Shown piece after piece: positions 27,354 through 38,776 of a stretch of 64,000 bases of DNA (position 1 is its first letter; each line of letters opens with the position of its first letter). The position numbers were made by a program, and so were the translations under genes. The notes under the pieces are model-generated. The model was not told the DNA's origin. It saw nothing but the letters and a program-made list of their open reading frames with translations, and did not search any database. This DNA is from an uncultured Clostridia bacterium (GTDB lineage Bacteria; Bacillota; Clostridia; Oscillospirales; CAG-382): positions 1,589 through 65,588 of the forward strand of contig CAMZED010000001.1 of NCBI GenBank assembly GCA_947305675.1. The letters run 5' to 3'.

Positions 27354-27713
27354 ATGGAAAACACGACTCCCAAAATATTCGAAAGCGAATACCGTTTTTG
27401 CCTTATTCTGTGGGAAAAAGAGCCGGTATCGCGCAGTGAACTCGCCGCCGTCTGCAAAGAAAAACTCGGTTGGTCGCGCACGACGACCTATACCGTAATA
27501 TCCCGCCTTGCCGCGCGGGGGGTGCTGACTGCCGAAGCCGGCGCGGTAAGATCGCTTGTTTCAAAAGAAGAAGTCCAGCGCGCGGAAATGGGTGATCTGC
27601 TGGAAAAGCGGTTCGAAGGATCGCTTCCGGCGTTTATCGCCGCGTTCACCAAAGTCGGCAAGATATCCGAACGCGACGCCGAAGAGATAAAAAGGATGCT
27701 TGAACAACAATGA
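27354..27713 (+). CDS. BlaI/MecI/CopY-family transcriptional repressor
   Basis: Winged-helix pattern SEYRFCLILWEKEPVSRSELAAV..WSRTTTYTVISRLAARGVL. ATG 27354 follows AAGGAG. Confidence 0.85.
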   Translation: MENTTPKIFESEYRFCLILWEKEPVSRSELAAVCKEKLGWSRTTTYTVISRLAARGVLTAEAGAVRSLVSKEEVQRAEMGDLLEKRFEGSLPAFIAAFTKVGKISERDAEEIKRMLEQQ

Positions 27714-29320
27714 TCACACAGATTTTCAACGCGGTTTTGCGTACCGCGCTCACGTCGTCGATGCTTATCGCGGCGGCGGTCGCAATAAGGTTTGCGGTAA
27801 GCCGCCGTGCGCCGAAAAGCGTCGCCTGCCTTATTTGGGCGGTGGTGGCGCTGCGGTTGGCGCTCCCTTTCGAGATCCAAACCGGGCTGAGCGTTGTTCC
27901 GCGCCCGGCGGTCGAAGCCGAAAAGCAATTCAGCGGTTTTGTGTCGGGGGCGGGTACTTTTGAAGCTCCCGCCGAAGCCGCGGCCGCGGCCGAAACCGCG
28001 ATCCCGGCTTACAAAGCGGCGGAGCTCGCCTGCGCGGTGTGGATCGCCGGGGCGGCGGCGCTGCTGATCTACGCCGCGGTCAACGTCTTTCTTATAAGGC
28101 GCAAACTCGCCGAATCGGTCCCTTCGGGCGGGAACGTTCGCAAGTGCGACAGGATATCCTCGCCGTTCGTGTGGGGGCTGTTCAAGCCGAAGATCTATAT
28201 GCCGTTCGGGCTCGATCCGAACACCGAATCCTGCGTTTTGCTTCACGAGAAGGCGCATATAAAACGGCTCGACAATATAACTAAACCGCTGTGGTTCGCC
28301 GTCTGCGCGGTATATTGGTTCGATCCGCTCGTCTGGATCTCTTATATGCTGTTCTGCCACGATATCGAATACGCCTGCGACGAAAGCGTCTGCCGCGGAA
28401 AGAGCGACGAATTCCGCCGGAATTACGGAAAAGCGCTGTTCGGTTACAGCGGAGCACGGTTCAATATCACGTTCAATCCCGCGGCGTTCGGCGAGCTTGC
28501 GGTAAAAAGCCGCATAAAACGCGCTCTCGGGTTCAAGCGTGCCGGAAAACCCGCGGCTTTCGCCGCCGCGGCGCTTATTGTCGCCGCCGCGATCTGCCTT
28601 GCGACCGACCCGGTCGGTTCGGCGGTGACGGCGGTCGTCCCCGAAGGAGAAGAACCGGTCGGCGCGGTTCAAGGCCCCGCCGAAGCAGACGGGCACCTCA
28701 CCCCCGAAGACGTGACCGATTACAACCAGCGGCTTTACGCCGATTCCGGCAAAAAATATATCGTTATACGCCTGCGCGAAGCAAAGGATTTTATCGAAAA
28801 CGGAACGAACGGCAAAAAAATAGGTTCGCCGCTTAAGATCTGGCTTTTGAACGGCGGCGGCGAGCGGATCGGATACGTTTATTCCAACACGTCGGGTTAC
28901 GCGCGGTTCGAAGTCGGGAACGACTTTTTCGGAGTTTGTTTCGACGGCGATGAAAACTACGAAAAATCGGTGCTTTACAACTATATCAACGCCGAAACGC
29001 TCAAATGGAACAGCGATTGCGTTTTCGACCTGGTGATCGCCGATAAATCGTTCCCCCGCACCGTGGTCAGGGTGACCGATCCGAACGGCGCCCCGGTAAG
29101 CGGAGCCGACGTTCGCATAAGCGTGCGCGGCGACAGATACCTTTACGCGCCGGTCTACCGCACCGGAAGCGACGGAGTCGCGGTGCTCCCCCCGGCGGTC
29201 ACCGCGCTTAAATACAACTTTGACCGGCCGGAGATCACGGTGAAACTGTACGGCTATACGGTTACAAGGGCGGAAGTCGATTTTTACCGTGAAGAATATG
29301 AAATTCAATTGGAGTGGTGA
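27710..29320 (+). CDS. M56-family (BlaR1-like) membrane metalloprotease/sensor with a non-penicillin-binding C-terminal domain
   Basis: TM helices and HEKAHIKRLD zinc motif. 4-nt overlap with the repressor gene. The C-terminal ~250 aa include a CarboxypepD_reg-like beta-sandwich (VRVTDPNGAPVSGADVRISV). Confidence 0.8.
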   Translation: MITQIFNAVLRTALTSSMLIAAAVAIRFAVSRRAPKSVACLIWAVVALRLALPFEIQTGLSVVPRPAVEAEKQFSGFVSGAGTFEAPAEAAAAAETAIPAYKAAELACAVWIAGAAALLIYAAVNVFLIRRKLAESVPSGGNVRKCDRISSPFVWGLFKPKIYMPFGLDPNTESCVLLHEKAHIKRLDNITKPLWFAVCAVYWFDPLVWISYMLFCHDIEYACDESVCRGKSDEFRRNYGKALFGYSGARFNITFNPAAFGELAVKSRIKRALGFKRAGKPAAFAAAALIVAAAICLATDPVGSAVTAVVPEGEEPVGAVQGPAEADGHLTPEDVTDYNQRLYADSGKKYIVIRLREAKDFIENGTNGKKIGSPLKIWLLNGGGERIGYVYSNTSGYARFEVGNDFFGVCFDGDENYEKSVLYNYINAETLKWNSDCVFDLVIADKSFPRTVVRVTDPNGAPVSGADVRISVRGDRYLYAPVYRTGSDGVAVLPPAVTALKYNFDRPEITVKLYGYTVTRAEVDFYREEYEIQLEW

Positions 29321-29324
29321 CAAA

Positions 29325-30854
29325 ATGAAAAAAATAATTGCTGTTTTGCTTATAACGGCGCTGACGGCGGGGCTTTTCGCCTGCACGCCGGAAGAAAGCG
29401 GTTCTTCTTCCGCGGTCACGCCGGAAAAGACGGCGCCCGAAAAGGAAGAGGACGCGGGATATATCGTGATGTTTTCCGAAGCGGGAAGGTTGATGATATA
29501 TACCGAAAGCGGAAACTACGAAGAATATATCTATCCGGCGTTTGAGCAAAGCGCCGCCGCGTTCAGCGAATCGAAAGGGTTAAGCCTGTCTTCGGCGCTT
29601 ATTTCCGAAAACCGCCGCGCCGCCGCTTTGATGACGGTCGAGAACAACGAAAGTTCGATCTATTATTTCAGCGGCGGAAAAACCGTAAAGATCGCCGAGA
29701 CCGTCGAGGTCGAAGACGGAAACGGATCGTTTACTTTCAAGGCGGCAAAGCTTATGGATATATCGCCCGACGGAGAACGGGTGCTTTACACCTTCGGCGG
29801 AGAACTGTTGATATATACCGCGTCGGGGACCGAATCGGTCGTGAAGGAAAACGTGGCGAACGCCGGATTTATCTCAGACGGCGGAGTGTTTTATACGGTG
29901 AACGAGGGCGACGCTTATTCCCCGTTTTACAAAAGCTTTATCGACAACGGCGCAAACCCGCCGATCTCTTTGGAAGGCGCTCTGCTTTTATCGGCTTCGG
30001 CGGACGGCAAAAGCCTGGTTTATAAAAAAGACGGCGAATATTATATCTCGGGCGGAGTCGGCACGAACGAATACAAAGTCGAAAAGAACGACCGCTTCCT
30101 TGAAAACCGCTTCATGACCGAACAACTTGAACTTACCCCCGGAAAAGCGAGGTATTTTATAAACGGGAAGCTTTCGGCGGAGATATCGTTCGGCAACACT
30201 TCCCCGGTTCTGCTACGCCCCCACGACAAGACAAACGTTTTTGAACGCGCAAAGGCCGACACATTTGGCGGAAAACTCCTTTATCTGAGCGAACTGGGCG
30301 GCGGTTCGAGGCTGGTAAAGCTATCGGATTCCGGAACCGAAGTCCTGCTCGAGGGCGAAATATCGCGCCCGGTAATCTCCGACGATGAAAAAACGCTTTA
30401 TTTCCTGCGCGGAAAGAAGATCTTTACGCTCGACCTCGGCGCAAGCGAAGCCGAACCCGTGCTTTTGTGCGGCGGCGATGTGAGCAGTTTTGCGGTACGC
30501 GGCGACGGCTGCGTTTATTTCAACGACATTTCCGGGCTGTTCCTGCACGACCCCGACGGGACCGACAAACTCATAACAAAAACAACTGTTCCGTCGGTCA
30601 GGCTGTCGCAGTCGAATCTGTTCGGCGGCAAAGTGCTGTTTTATACAACGGCGAATTCGGTCCTTTACCGAACCTCCGGCGAAGCGCCCGAAGTCGCCGC
30701 CGAAAAACCCGAGCGCGGAATTCAGGACCGCAGGATACTGGGATATAAAAACTATCTGATCGTCCTGGACAACATATCGAGCGATTTTCCGGGCGGATCC
30801 GCCAGAGTCACCTTCGACGGAGAGACGTTTTCCCCCGCCGGATACTTTATGTAA
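29325..30854 (+). CDS. putative lipoprotein, repetitive beta-rich (propeller-like) extracellular protein
   Basis: MKKIIAVLLITALTAGLFAC lipobox. Start moved to ATG 29325, 4 nt after the M56 stop. Confidence 0.6.
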   Translation: MKKIIAVLLITALTAGLFACTPEESGSSSAVTPEKTAPEKEEDAGYIVMFSEAGRLMIYTESGNYEEYIYPAFEQSAAAFSESKGLSLSSALISENRRAAALMTVENNESSIYYFSGGKTVKIAETVEVEDGNGSFTFKAAKLMDISPDGERVLYTFGGELLIYTASGTESVVKENVANAGFISDGGVFYTVNEGDAYSPFYKSFIDNGANPPISLEGALLLSASADGKSLVYKKDGEYYISGGVGTNEYKVEKNDRFLENRFMTEQLELTPGKARYFINGKLSAEISFGNTSPVLLRPHDKTNVFERAKADTFGGKLLYLSELGGGSRLVKLSDSGTEVLLEGEISRPVISDDEKTLYFLRGKKIFTLDLGASEAEPVLLCGGDVSSFAVRGDGCVYFNDISGLFLHDPDGTDKLITKTTVPSVRLSQSNLFGGKVLFYTTANSVLYRTSGEAPEVAAEKPERGIQDRRILGYKNYLIVLDNISSDFPGGSARVTFDGETFSPAGYFM

Positions 30855-30871
30855 GCGTTAAAAAAGTATCG

Positions 30872-30896
30872 AAAACCCCTCTTTTGAGGGGTTTTT
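30872..30896 (+). terminator. terminator of the BlaI-M56-lipoprotein operon
   Basis: CCCCTC-tttt-GAGGGG followed by TTTTT. Confidence 0.75.
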
Positions 30897-30899
30897 GTG

Positions 30900-30928
30900 T
30901 TGCATTTCCGGGGCGGACGTGGTATAAT
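30900..30928 (+). promoter_or_regulatory. sigma-A promoter of trkA-trkH
   Basis: TTGCAT (30900-30905), 17 nt, TGG-TATAAT (30923-30928). Confidence 0.65.
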
Positions 30929-30960
30929 ATGCTATTAATAAACGCTCGCGTGGAGGCAAT

Positions 30961-32322
30961 ATGAAAATAATCGTCGCCGGCTGCGGCAAGATCGGTTCTT
31001 CAATTCTCGAAACCCTTGTAAAAGAGGGTCACGATGTTGTTGCCATAGACCGCAAAAATGACCTTATAGGAGAGATAAGCAATATTTATGATGTGATGAC
31101 CGTCTGCGGAAGCGCCGCCGATTGCGAAACGCTTGCCGAGGCGGGCGTCGACAAAGCCGAACTGTTTGTCGCCGTCACCGATTCCGACGAGGTGAATATG
31201 CTCGCCTGCTTTTTTGCCCGCAGGATGGGCGCGAAGCACACCATCGCCAGGATAAGGAACCCCGAATATAACGATAAAAACCTGGTTTTTATGAAGCAGA
31301 ACCTCGATATATCCTTTACCATAAACCCCGAACTTTTCGCCGCGCAGGAGCTTTACCGTCTGTTAAAACTGCCCGCCGCCGTCAACGTCGAGACTTTTTC
31401 TGGCAGGAACCTGGAGATGGTCGAGATGGTTCTCAAGGACGGGAGCCCGCTCGACGGCATAAGCCTTATGGATCTGCGCCGCAAATACAAAGCGAAGTTT
31501 CTTGTCAGCGCGGTGAGCCGCGGCGGAGAAGTTTATATCCCCGACGGCAGTTTTGTGCTTGAAAGCGGCGACCGGATCGGTATAACCGCCGCGCCCAACG
31601 AGGTTCAGAAGCTTTTGAAAATGCTCGGTATCGTTCAGCGCCAGGCGCGCAGGGTCATGATACTCGGCGCAAGCACCACCGCCTTTTATCTTGCCGAGAT
31701 GCTCATCGACAGCGGCACCGCCGTTACTATTATCGAAAAAGACGCTGAACGCTGCCGCAAATTTTCGCAGGAACTGCCCGACGGTGCGCTTATAATCCAC
31801 GGCGACGGCGCAAGGCAGGAACTTCTGTTAGAGGAAGGGTTGGGTTCCGCCGACGCGTTCGTTTCGCTCACCGGAATGGACGAGGAAAACATTCTTGTTT
31901 CCTATTTTGCCGAACTGCAAAAGGTGCCGAAGGTGATATCCAAAATAAACCGCGGCGAGCTTTCGTATATGGCGGAAAAACTCGGGCTCGACAGCATAAT
32001 CTCCCCGAAAAAGATAATTTCCGACGTGCTTGTGCGCTATGCCCGCGCTTTGCAGAATTCGCTCGGAAGCAATGTCGAATCGCTTTATCGTCTTATGGAC
32101 GGCAACGTCGAAGCGCTTGAATTCAACGTCCGCTCTGATTTCAAGGGTATAAAGATACCGCTGAAAGACCTTAAACTCAAATCCAACCTGCTCATCGCCG
32201 GGATAACCCGCGGCAGGAAGGCTCTCATCCCCTCCGGCGAAGATTCGATCCTGCCCGGCGACAAAGTCGTCGTTATCGTTTCCGGCAGGCGTTTATTCGA
32301 TCTTGACGATATTTTAGCCTGA
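30961..32322 (+). CDS. trkA: Trk potassium uptake system NAD-binding subunit TrkA
   Basis: Two RCK units: MKIIVAGCGKIGSS and VMILGASTTAFYLA. Confidence 0.9.
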   Translation: MKIIVAGCGKIGSSILETLVKEGHDVVAIDRKNDLIGEISNIYDVMTVCGSAADCETLAEAGVDKAELFVAVTDSDEVNMLACFFARRMGAKHTIARIRNPEYNDKNLVFMKQNLDISFTINPELFAAQELYRLLKLPAAVNVETFSGRNLEMVEMVLKDGSPLDGISLMDLRRKYKAKFLVSAVSRGGEVYIPDGSFVLESGDRIGITAAPNEVQKLLKMLGIVQRQARRVMILGASTTAFYLAEMLIDSGTAVTIIEKDAERCRKFSQELPDGALIIHGDGARQELLLEEGLGSADAFVSLTGMDEENILVSYFAELQKVPKVISKINRGELSYMAEKLGLDSIISPKKIISDVLVRYARALQNSLGSNVESLYRLMDGNVEALEFNVRSDFKGIKIPLKDLKLKSNLLIAGITRGRKALIPSGEDSILPGDKVVVIVSGRRLFDLDDILA

Positions 32323-32339
32323 AATAAAGAGGTCTTTGT

Positions 32340-33791
<1,452 letters not shown>

Positions 33792-33813
33792 AAATCTCTT
33801 GTTTTGGTGATAT

Positions 33814-35145
33814 ATGACAAACGAACTTCAATTACAGGCACAAAGTATCGAGCGCATAAACGCCTCGTCGTTCATCGAAAGCCGGCGTGATCTGCGCTTT
33901 GCGACGGCGCTCACATTCGCCCCGGACGCGATGTCTCCGGTTCAGTGCGCTTATTCGCTTCGCCGCGAGGACGGAATACTCCGATTAGAGATCCACGCCG
34001 CCGACGTGAGCGAACTTATCTGTCCTTCCACCCCTATCGACGACGCCGCGCGCGAAAAAGGCGCGGCTATTCCCACCGCCCACGGGTTGTCCGCAATGCT
34101 TCCCCCCAACCTGGTCTGGAACACTTTTGATTTAAAAGAGGGTGAAGACCGGCTTGTACTGTCCGTTATATTGGACGTTGATGATAATTACGACCTCGTC
34201 GGGCTCAGGTTTGACGAAAGCGTTATAAGGGTGGAGCGACGCTGTCTTTACGACGAGATCGACGAACTTCTTATTTCCAACGACGCCTCGTCGGTTCTTT
34301 CGCTGCGCGGGAAATACAAACGCTTTCTCCCGATGATCGAAGATATGTATTCGCTTTCGGCGGAACTTCATCGCAAACGTCACGCGCGCGGCGGCATGCA
34401 GATCGACAGTCCCATCCGCTGTTTTTCGACCAACGATAACGCCGAAACGACCGGTTTCAAGCGTATTCCGCGTTCCGACAGCGAAATGATGCTTTATGAA
34501 CTTACCGTTTTCGCTTCCTCCGCTTTGGGAACTTATCTGGCGAAAAACGGCTGTCCCGCGCTGTTTTTCAGCGAATTGCCACCCGAAAAAGCACATTTGC
34601 TCGATCTGGCGCGCGCAGTCGGAATTGAAGTAGACGGCGGCATGCCCGAATCGCGCATTGTAAACGATCTTGTCGATCTAAGCCGCGGATCGGATGTCTT
34701 CGGTATGGTCTGCGACGAGATCCGTCTTTCGGCGCCGCTCTGCCGTTATTCCGACAAACCTGTCTATAACGCCGTCGCCGCTTGCGATACGGTGGTGCTT
34801 TTTAACCGCCCCGCAACGCGTTACAGCGATATCCTTATGCACCGACTGCTTAAAAATCTGCTGCACAGCGCAAAGAACGAAGGATTTTCAATATCTTCCC
34901 GGGCAAATTATTTTGCAGGTCTTGCAAACGAAGCCGAGGCGAAACGCCGCGCCGCCGAGCTTCAGCTCGATTCAGAACAAATCGCTTCGGTTTTGAGCAA
35001 CGGCGGGACCTTCCCCGGATATTATATCGGGAACGGCACCGTAATTCTCGATAACAACGCAAAAATTCCCTGCTGTTCCGAACTCGAACCCGGAAAACGC
35101 TATGTTTTTTCGGTCAGCGACGGAAAAGCCTTCCTCGCCGTCTGA
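33814..35145 (+). CDS. RNB-domain (RNase II/R-like) protein lacking the catalytic Asp cluster
   Basis: RNB motif IV-like RPATRYSDILMHRLL and HAADVS (cf. HIADVS). Motif I position reads TFAPDAMSPVQCAY in place of T-x-D-x5-D-x-D-D-A. Confidence 0.6.
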   Translation: MTNELQLQAQSIERINASSFIESRRDLRFATALTFAPDAMSPVQCAYSLRREDGILRLEIHAADVSELICPSTPIDDAAREKGAAIPTAHGLSAMLPPNLVWNTFDLKEGEDRLVLSVILDVDDNYDLVGLRFDESVIRVERRCLYDEIDELLISNDASSVLSLRGKYKRFLPMIEDMYSLSAELHRKRHARGGMQIDSPIRCFSTNDNAETTGFKRIPRSDSEMMLYELTVFASSALGTYLAKNGCPALFFSELPPEKAHLLDLARAVGIEVDGGMPESRIVNDLVDLSRGSDVFGMVCDEIRLSAPLCRYSDKPVYNAVAACDTVVLFNRPATRYSDILMHRLLKNLLHSAKNEGFSISSRANYFAGLANEAEAKRRAAELQLDSEQIASVLSNGGTFPGYYIGNGTVILDNNAKIPCCSELEPGKRYVFSVSDGKAFLAV

Positions 35146-35176
35146 CGTTTGAATTGTTTCACGTGAAACAGAAAGG

Positions 35177-36616
35177 TTGATCTTTTTGAAAAAGAAAACT
35201 GCACTATTTCTGCTTGTGCTTATGCTTTTCGCGGTTTTTTCCGGCTGCGAAAATGTGGTTTATCCCGGCGAAGCCGAAAGTTCGGCGGCTGTTGGCGGGA
35301 ATTCGCAGGATATTACCGACCTCCTGCCCGAAATAAGCGATTCGGGAGACGGCAATATCGAAATATACAATTGCCGCGTAGCGACCGACAAACCGGCGCA
35401 TTTCGATTCCTCGGAATCCGATGCGACTTTGGTAAACTCGGCGCTCGAACAGCGCAGCAAAGTGCTTTTGGAACGTTACAGGATAAATCAGGAAGTGATA
35501 GCCGTCGATCGCGCAAATCTTGCAGCCGAGATAAAAACGGCGCTGCTTTCCGGGACGGATACTTACGACCTTCTTTCCTATTCGCAATCCGACGCGGTAA
35601 AACTTTATCTCGATGGACTTTTATACGATCTTAATTCCCTTCCCGGGTTCGACGCCGAATCTCCGCTTTTCGACAAAGCGAACGCAACCGCACTTGCGAC
35701 CGGAAAAACGCTTTATATGATCCCCGACGCAAGCAATTATTACTTCGACGAACTTTACGCGGTATTCTTTAACCGCGATATGGTCGGTAAATCCGGCGGC
35801 GACCCCGAAACGCTGGTTCAAAAGGGCGAATGGACCTGGGACAAGTTCAGCGAGCTGGCGAAAAGCGCTTCGAACGTTGCAAACGGCGTTTACGGGTTTT
35901 CGGTATATTACGAAAACTACGATTTCTCTTATCCGATGTGGATGTCCGCCGGACGGCATATTATCGAAGGGACCTATAACGGCAAAATCGCTCTTTCGAT
36001 GCCCGGGTCGGAGATCGAATCGGTAACAGAAGAACTTGTAAAGCATTACAACGTGTCTTACGTCTATCCGAAAACAGGGTCTGACGCTTCCGCCGCGTTT
36101 ATGAACGGAAACACAGCGTTTATTTTTCACAAACTGAATTATCTGTACGCGCTGCGCGACGGCAGCGAAAAAGGCTCGGAATACGGGTTTTTGCCGATGC
36201 CGAAATTGAGCGAAGATCAAAAAAACTACTCCTGCCTCGCTTCATCCGAAGCACACGTTCTGGCGATACCGGCGACGGCGCGGTTCAAAAATCAGTCAGA
36301 ATCGATGCGCACTTACGCGCTGCTGGCCACCACTTGCGGGATCGGATCGGAAACGATGAAAACCGCTTATATCCGCACCCAACTTGTAAGTTATCTTATG
36401 ACCAACGCCGAAACGGTAATGTTAAGCGAGATCGTCGGTTCCGCAACGTTCGATTTTGCCCGGACATTCGGCGGTGAAATATCGGAAATAGCCGGTCCGA
36501 CGGTACGCGCGGTCGGCGACAGGATCGGTTACGGTTCGAAAGTGCAAAGCTCGATCAACCGCAGTATAGCGGCTTTCAACAAATATGTCGCCGAACATTT
36601 TGATCAAGACACTTGA
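35177..36616 (+). CDS. extracellular solute-binding lipoprotein (ABC-type sugar-binding family)
   Basis: Signal peptide with FAVFSGC lipobox and SBP-like size and composition. Start uncertain (TTG 35177 or TTG 35186). No permease or ATPase genes adjacent. Confidence 0.55.
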   Translation: MIFLKKKTALFLLVLMLFAVFSGCENVVYPGEAESSAAVGGNSQDITDLLPEISDSGDGNIEIYNCRVATDKPAHFDSSESDATLVNSALEQRSKVLLERYRINQEVIAVDRANLAAEIKTALLSGTDTYDLLSYSQSDAVKLYLDGLLYDLNSLPGFDAESPLFDKANATALATGKTLYMIPDASNYYFDELYAVFFNRDMVGKSGGDPETLVQKGEWTWDKFSELAKSASNVANGVYGFSVYYENYDFSYPMWMSAGRHIIEGTYNGKIALSMPGSEIESVTEELVKHYNVSYVYPKTGSDASAAFMNGNTAFIFHKLNYLYALRDGSEKGSEYGFLPMPKLSEDQKNYSCLASSEAHVLAIPATARFKNQSESMRTYALLATTCGIGSETMKTAYIRTQLVSYLMTNAETVMLSEIVGSATFDFARTFGGEISEIAGPTVRAVGDRIGYGSKVQSSINRSIAAFNKYVAEHFDQDT

Positions 36617-36641
36617 TTTAAAACTCGTTTTGATATATAAT
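36613..36641 (+). promoter_or_regulatory. sigma-A promoter of pgk-tpiA
   Basis: TTGATT (36613-36618), 17 nt, TATAAT (36636-36641). Confidence 0.6.
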
Positions 36642-36705
36642 ATCTCGGATGGAATATTGAATAATAAAAATATAAATAAAATATATTCATTTAAGGAGAA
36701 AACTT

Positions 36706-37911
36706 ATGAACCCCAAAAAATCAGTTGAAGATCTTGACGTAGCCGGCAAACGCGTGTTGGTTCGCTGCGATTTCAACGTGCCGCTTAAAAACGGCGTCAT
36801 CACCGACGACAACCGCATCGTCGCCGCTCTGCCTACGATCGAATTCCTTATCGACAAGGGCGCAAAAGTCATACTTTGCTCGCACCTCGGCAAACCCAAA
36901 GGAGAGCCGAAGCCCGAATATTCGCTTGCTCCCGTCGCAAAACGCCTTAGCGAAAAACTCCGCACCGAGGTCGTATTTGCCGCTGACGACAACGTCGTCG
37001 GCGAGAACGCGAAAAAAGCCGTCGCCGAGATGGAAGACGGCGACGTGGTTCTGCTTCAGAACACCCGTTATCGCGCAGAAGAGACGAAAAACGGCGAAGA
37101 ATTCTCGAAAGAGCTCGCTTCTCTTGCCGATCTGTTTGTCAACGACGCGTTCGGCGCCGCTCACAGGGCTCACTGCTCGACCGTCGGCGTCGCTTCATAT
37201 GTTAAAGAATCCGCCAACGGCTTCCTTATGGCAAAAGAGATCAAATTCCTCGGCGACGCGGTCAACAACCCCGTCCGTCCGTTCGTAACGATACTCGGCG
37301 GCGCGAAAGTTGCCGACAAACTCGCCGTTATCGAAAACCTTCTCAACAAAGCCGATTGCCTCATTATCGGCGGCGGTATGGCTTATACCTTCCTTAAAGC
37401 CCAGGGCAAAGAGATCGGGACCTCGCTCCTTGACGAAGAAAAGATCGATTACTGCGCGAATATGCTTCAGAAAGCAAAAGAAAAAGGCGTCGAGATACTT
37501 CTTCCCGTCGACTGCGTAATAACCAAAGAATTCCCCGACCCGATCGACGCTCCCATCGAGACCAAAGTCGTCTCGGTAGACGAGATCCCCGCGGATATGA
37601 TGAGCATGGACATCGGTCCCAAGACCCGCGAACTTTACGCCTCCAAAATTAAATCCGCAAAAACCGTCGTCTGGAACGGACCCATGGGCGTGTTCGAGAA
37701 CCCCGAACTCGCAAAAGGCACCTATGCGGTAGCCAAAGCGCTTGCCGATTCCGATGCGACCACCATCATCGGCGGCGGAGATTCCGCGGCAGCTGTAAAC
37801 CAGCTCGGTTTCGGCGATAAGATGAGCCACATCTCCACTGGCGGCGGCGCTTCGCTCGAATATCTCGAGGGCAAGGAACTCCCCGGCATCGCCGCAATGA
37901 CCGATAAATAA
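36706..37911 (+). CDS. pgk: phosphoglycerate kinase
   Basis: [42 protein letters not shown]. Confidence 0.95.
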   Translation: MNPKKSVEDLDVAGKRVLVRCDFNVPLKNGVITDDNRIVAALPTIEFLIDKGAKVILCSHLGKPKGEPKPEYSLAPVAKRLSEKLRTEVVFAADDNVVGENAKKAVAEMEDGDVVLLQNTRYRAEETKNGEEFSKELASLADLFVNDAFGAAHRAHCSTVGVASYVKESANGFLMAKEIKFLGDAVNNPVRPFVTILGGAKVADKLAVIENLLNKADCLIIGGGMAYTFLKAQGKEIGTSLLDEEKIDYCANMLQKAKEKGVEILLPVDCVITKEFPDPIDAPIETKVVSVDEIPADMMSMDIGPKTRELYASKIKSAKTVVWNGPMGVFENPELAKGTYAVAKALADSDATTIIGGGDSAAAVNQLGFGDKMSHISTGGGASLEYLEGKELPGIAAMTDK

Positions 37912-37948
37912 TTGCGACAACCATAAATAACTATCCTGGAGAATAAAA

Positions 37949-38722
37949 ATGAACAGATTATTCAGAAAAGCCGTTATTGCCGGCAACTGGAAAATGAACA
38001 AAACCCCCGCGGAAGCCACCGAGCTTATCAACGCGATCAAAGCCGAACTTGACGGTAAAAAAACCGACGGCTGCGAGATAGTCGCCTGCGTGCCCTATGT
38101 CGATATCGCCAACGCGGTCGAAGCGGCAAAAGGCAGTCCCATCCACATCGGCGCGGAAAACGTTCACTGGGAAAAATCCGGCGCCTATACCGGTGAGATC
38201 AGCGCGGATATGCTTAAAGAGTGCGGGGTCGAATACGTTATAATCGGCCACAGTGAACGCAGACAGTATTTCGGCGAGACCGACGAAACCGTCAACAAGC
38301 GCGTTCACGCCGCTCTCGAGGCAGGCCTTAAAGTTATCCTTTGCGTCGGCGAACTTCTCACCGAGCGCGAACAGGGCGTCACAGCCGAGATCGTCGCCAA
38401 ACAGACCAAGATCGCTCTGCTCGGCGTAACCGCGGAACAGCTTAAAAACGTTATAATCGCTTATGAACCCGTTTGGGCGATCGGCACCGGCAAAACCGCC
38501 ACCGCCGACCAGGCAAACGAGGTCTGCGGCGCGATAAGAATGGTAATCGGCGGGCTTTACGGTTTGAAAGCCGCCGCCGGGATCACCATTCAATACGGCG
38601 GATCGATGAACGCGAAGAACGCTTCGGAACTTCTTGCAAAAGAACACGTCGACGGCGGACTTATCGGCGGCGCTTCGCTCAAAGCGCCCGACTTCGGCGT
38701 TATTATCGCCGCGGCTCAGTAA
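37949..38722 (+). CDS. tpiA: triose-phosphate isomerase
   Basis: [38 protein letters not shown]. Confidence 0.95.
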   Translation: MNRLFRKAVIAGNWKMNKTPAEATELINAIKAELDGKKTDGCEIVACVPYVDIANAVEAAKGSPIHIGAENVHWEKSGAYTGEISADMLKECGVEYVIIGHSERRQYFGETDETVNKRVHAALEAGLKVILCVGELLTEREQGVTAEIVAKQTKIALLGVTAEQLKNVIIAYEPVWAIGTGKTATADQANEVCGAIRMVIGGLYGLKAAAGITIQYGGSMNAKNASELLAKEHVDGGLIGGASLKAPDFGVIIAAAQ

Positions 38723-38733
38723 CGCGTAAAAAC

Positions 38734-38767
38734 AAAAAACGGCTGTCAACCGGCAGCCGTTTTTTTA
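38734..38767. terminator. bidirectional terminator between tpiA and jag
   Basis: AAAAAACGGCTG-tcaaccgg-CAGCCGTTTTTTT. Confidence 0.8.
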
Positions 38768-38776
38768 TACTGTTAA

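Noticed and set aside
30855-30960. Possible c-di-AMP (ydaO-type) riboswitch upstream of trkA
   Set aside because: The spacer is fully explained by a terminator (30872-30896) and a promoter (30900-30928). That leaves only a ~30-nt leader, far too short for the riboswitch.
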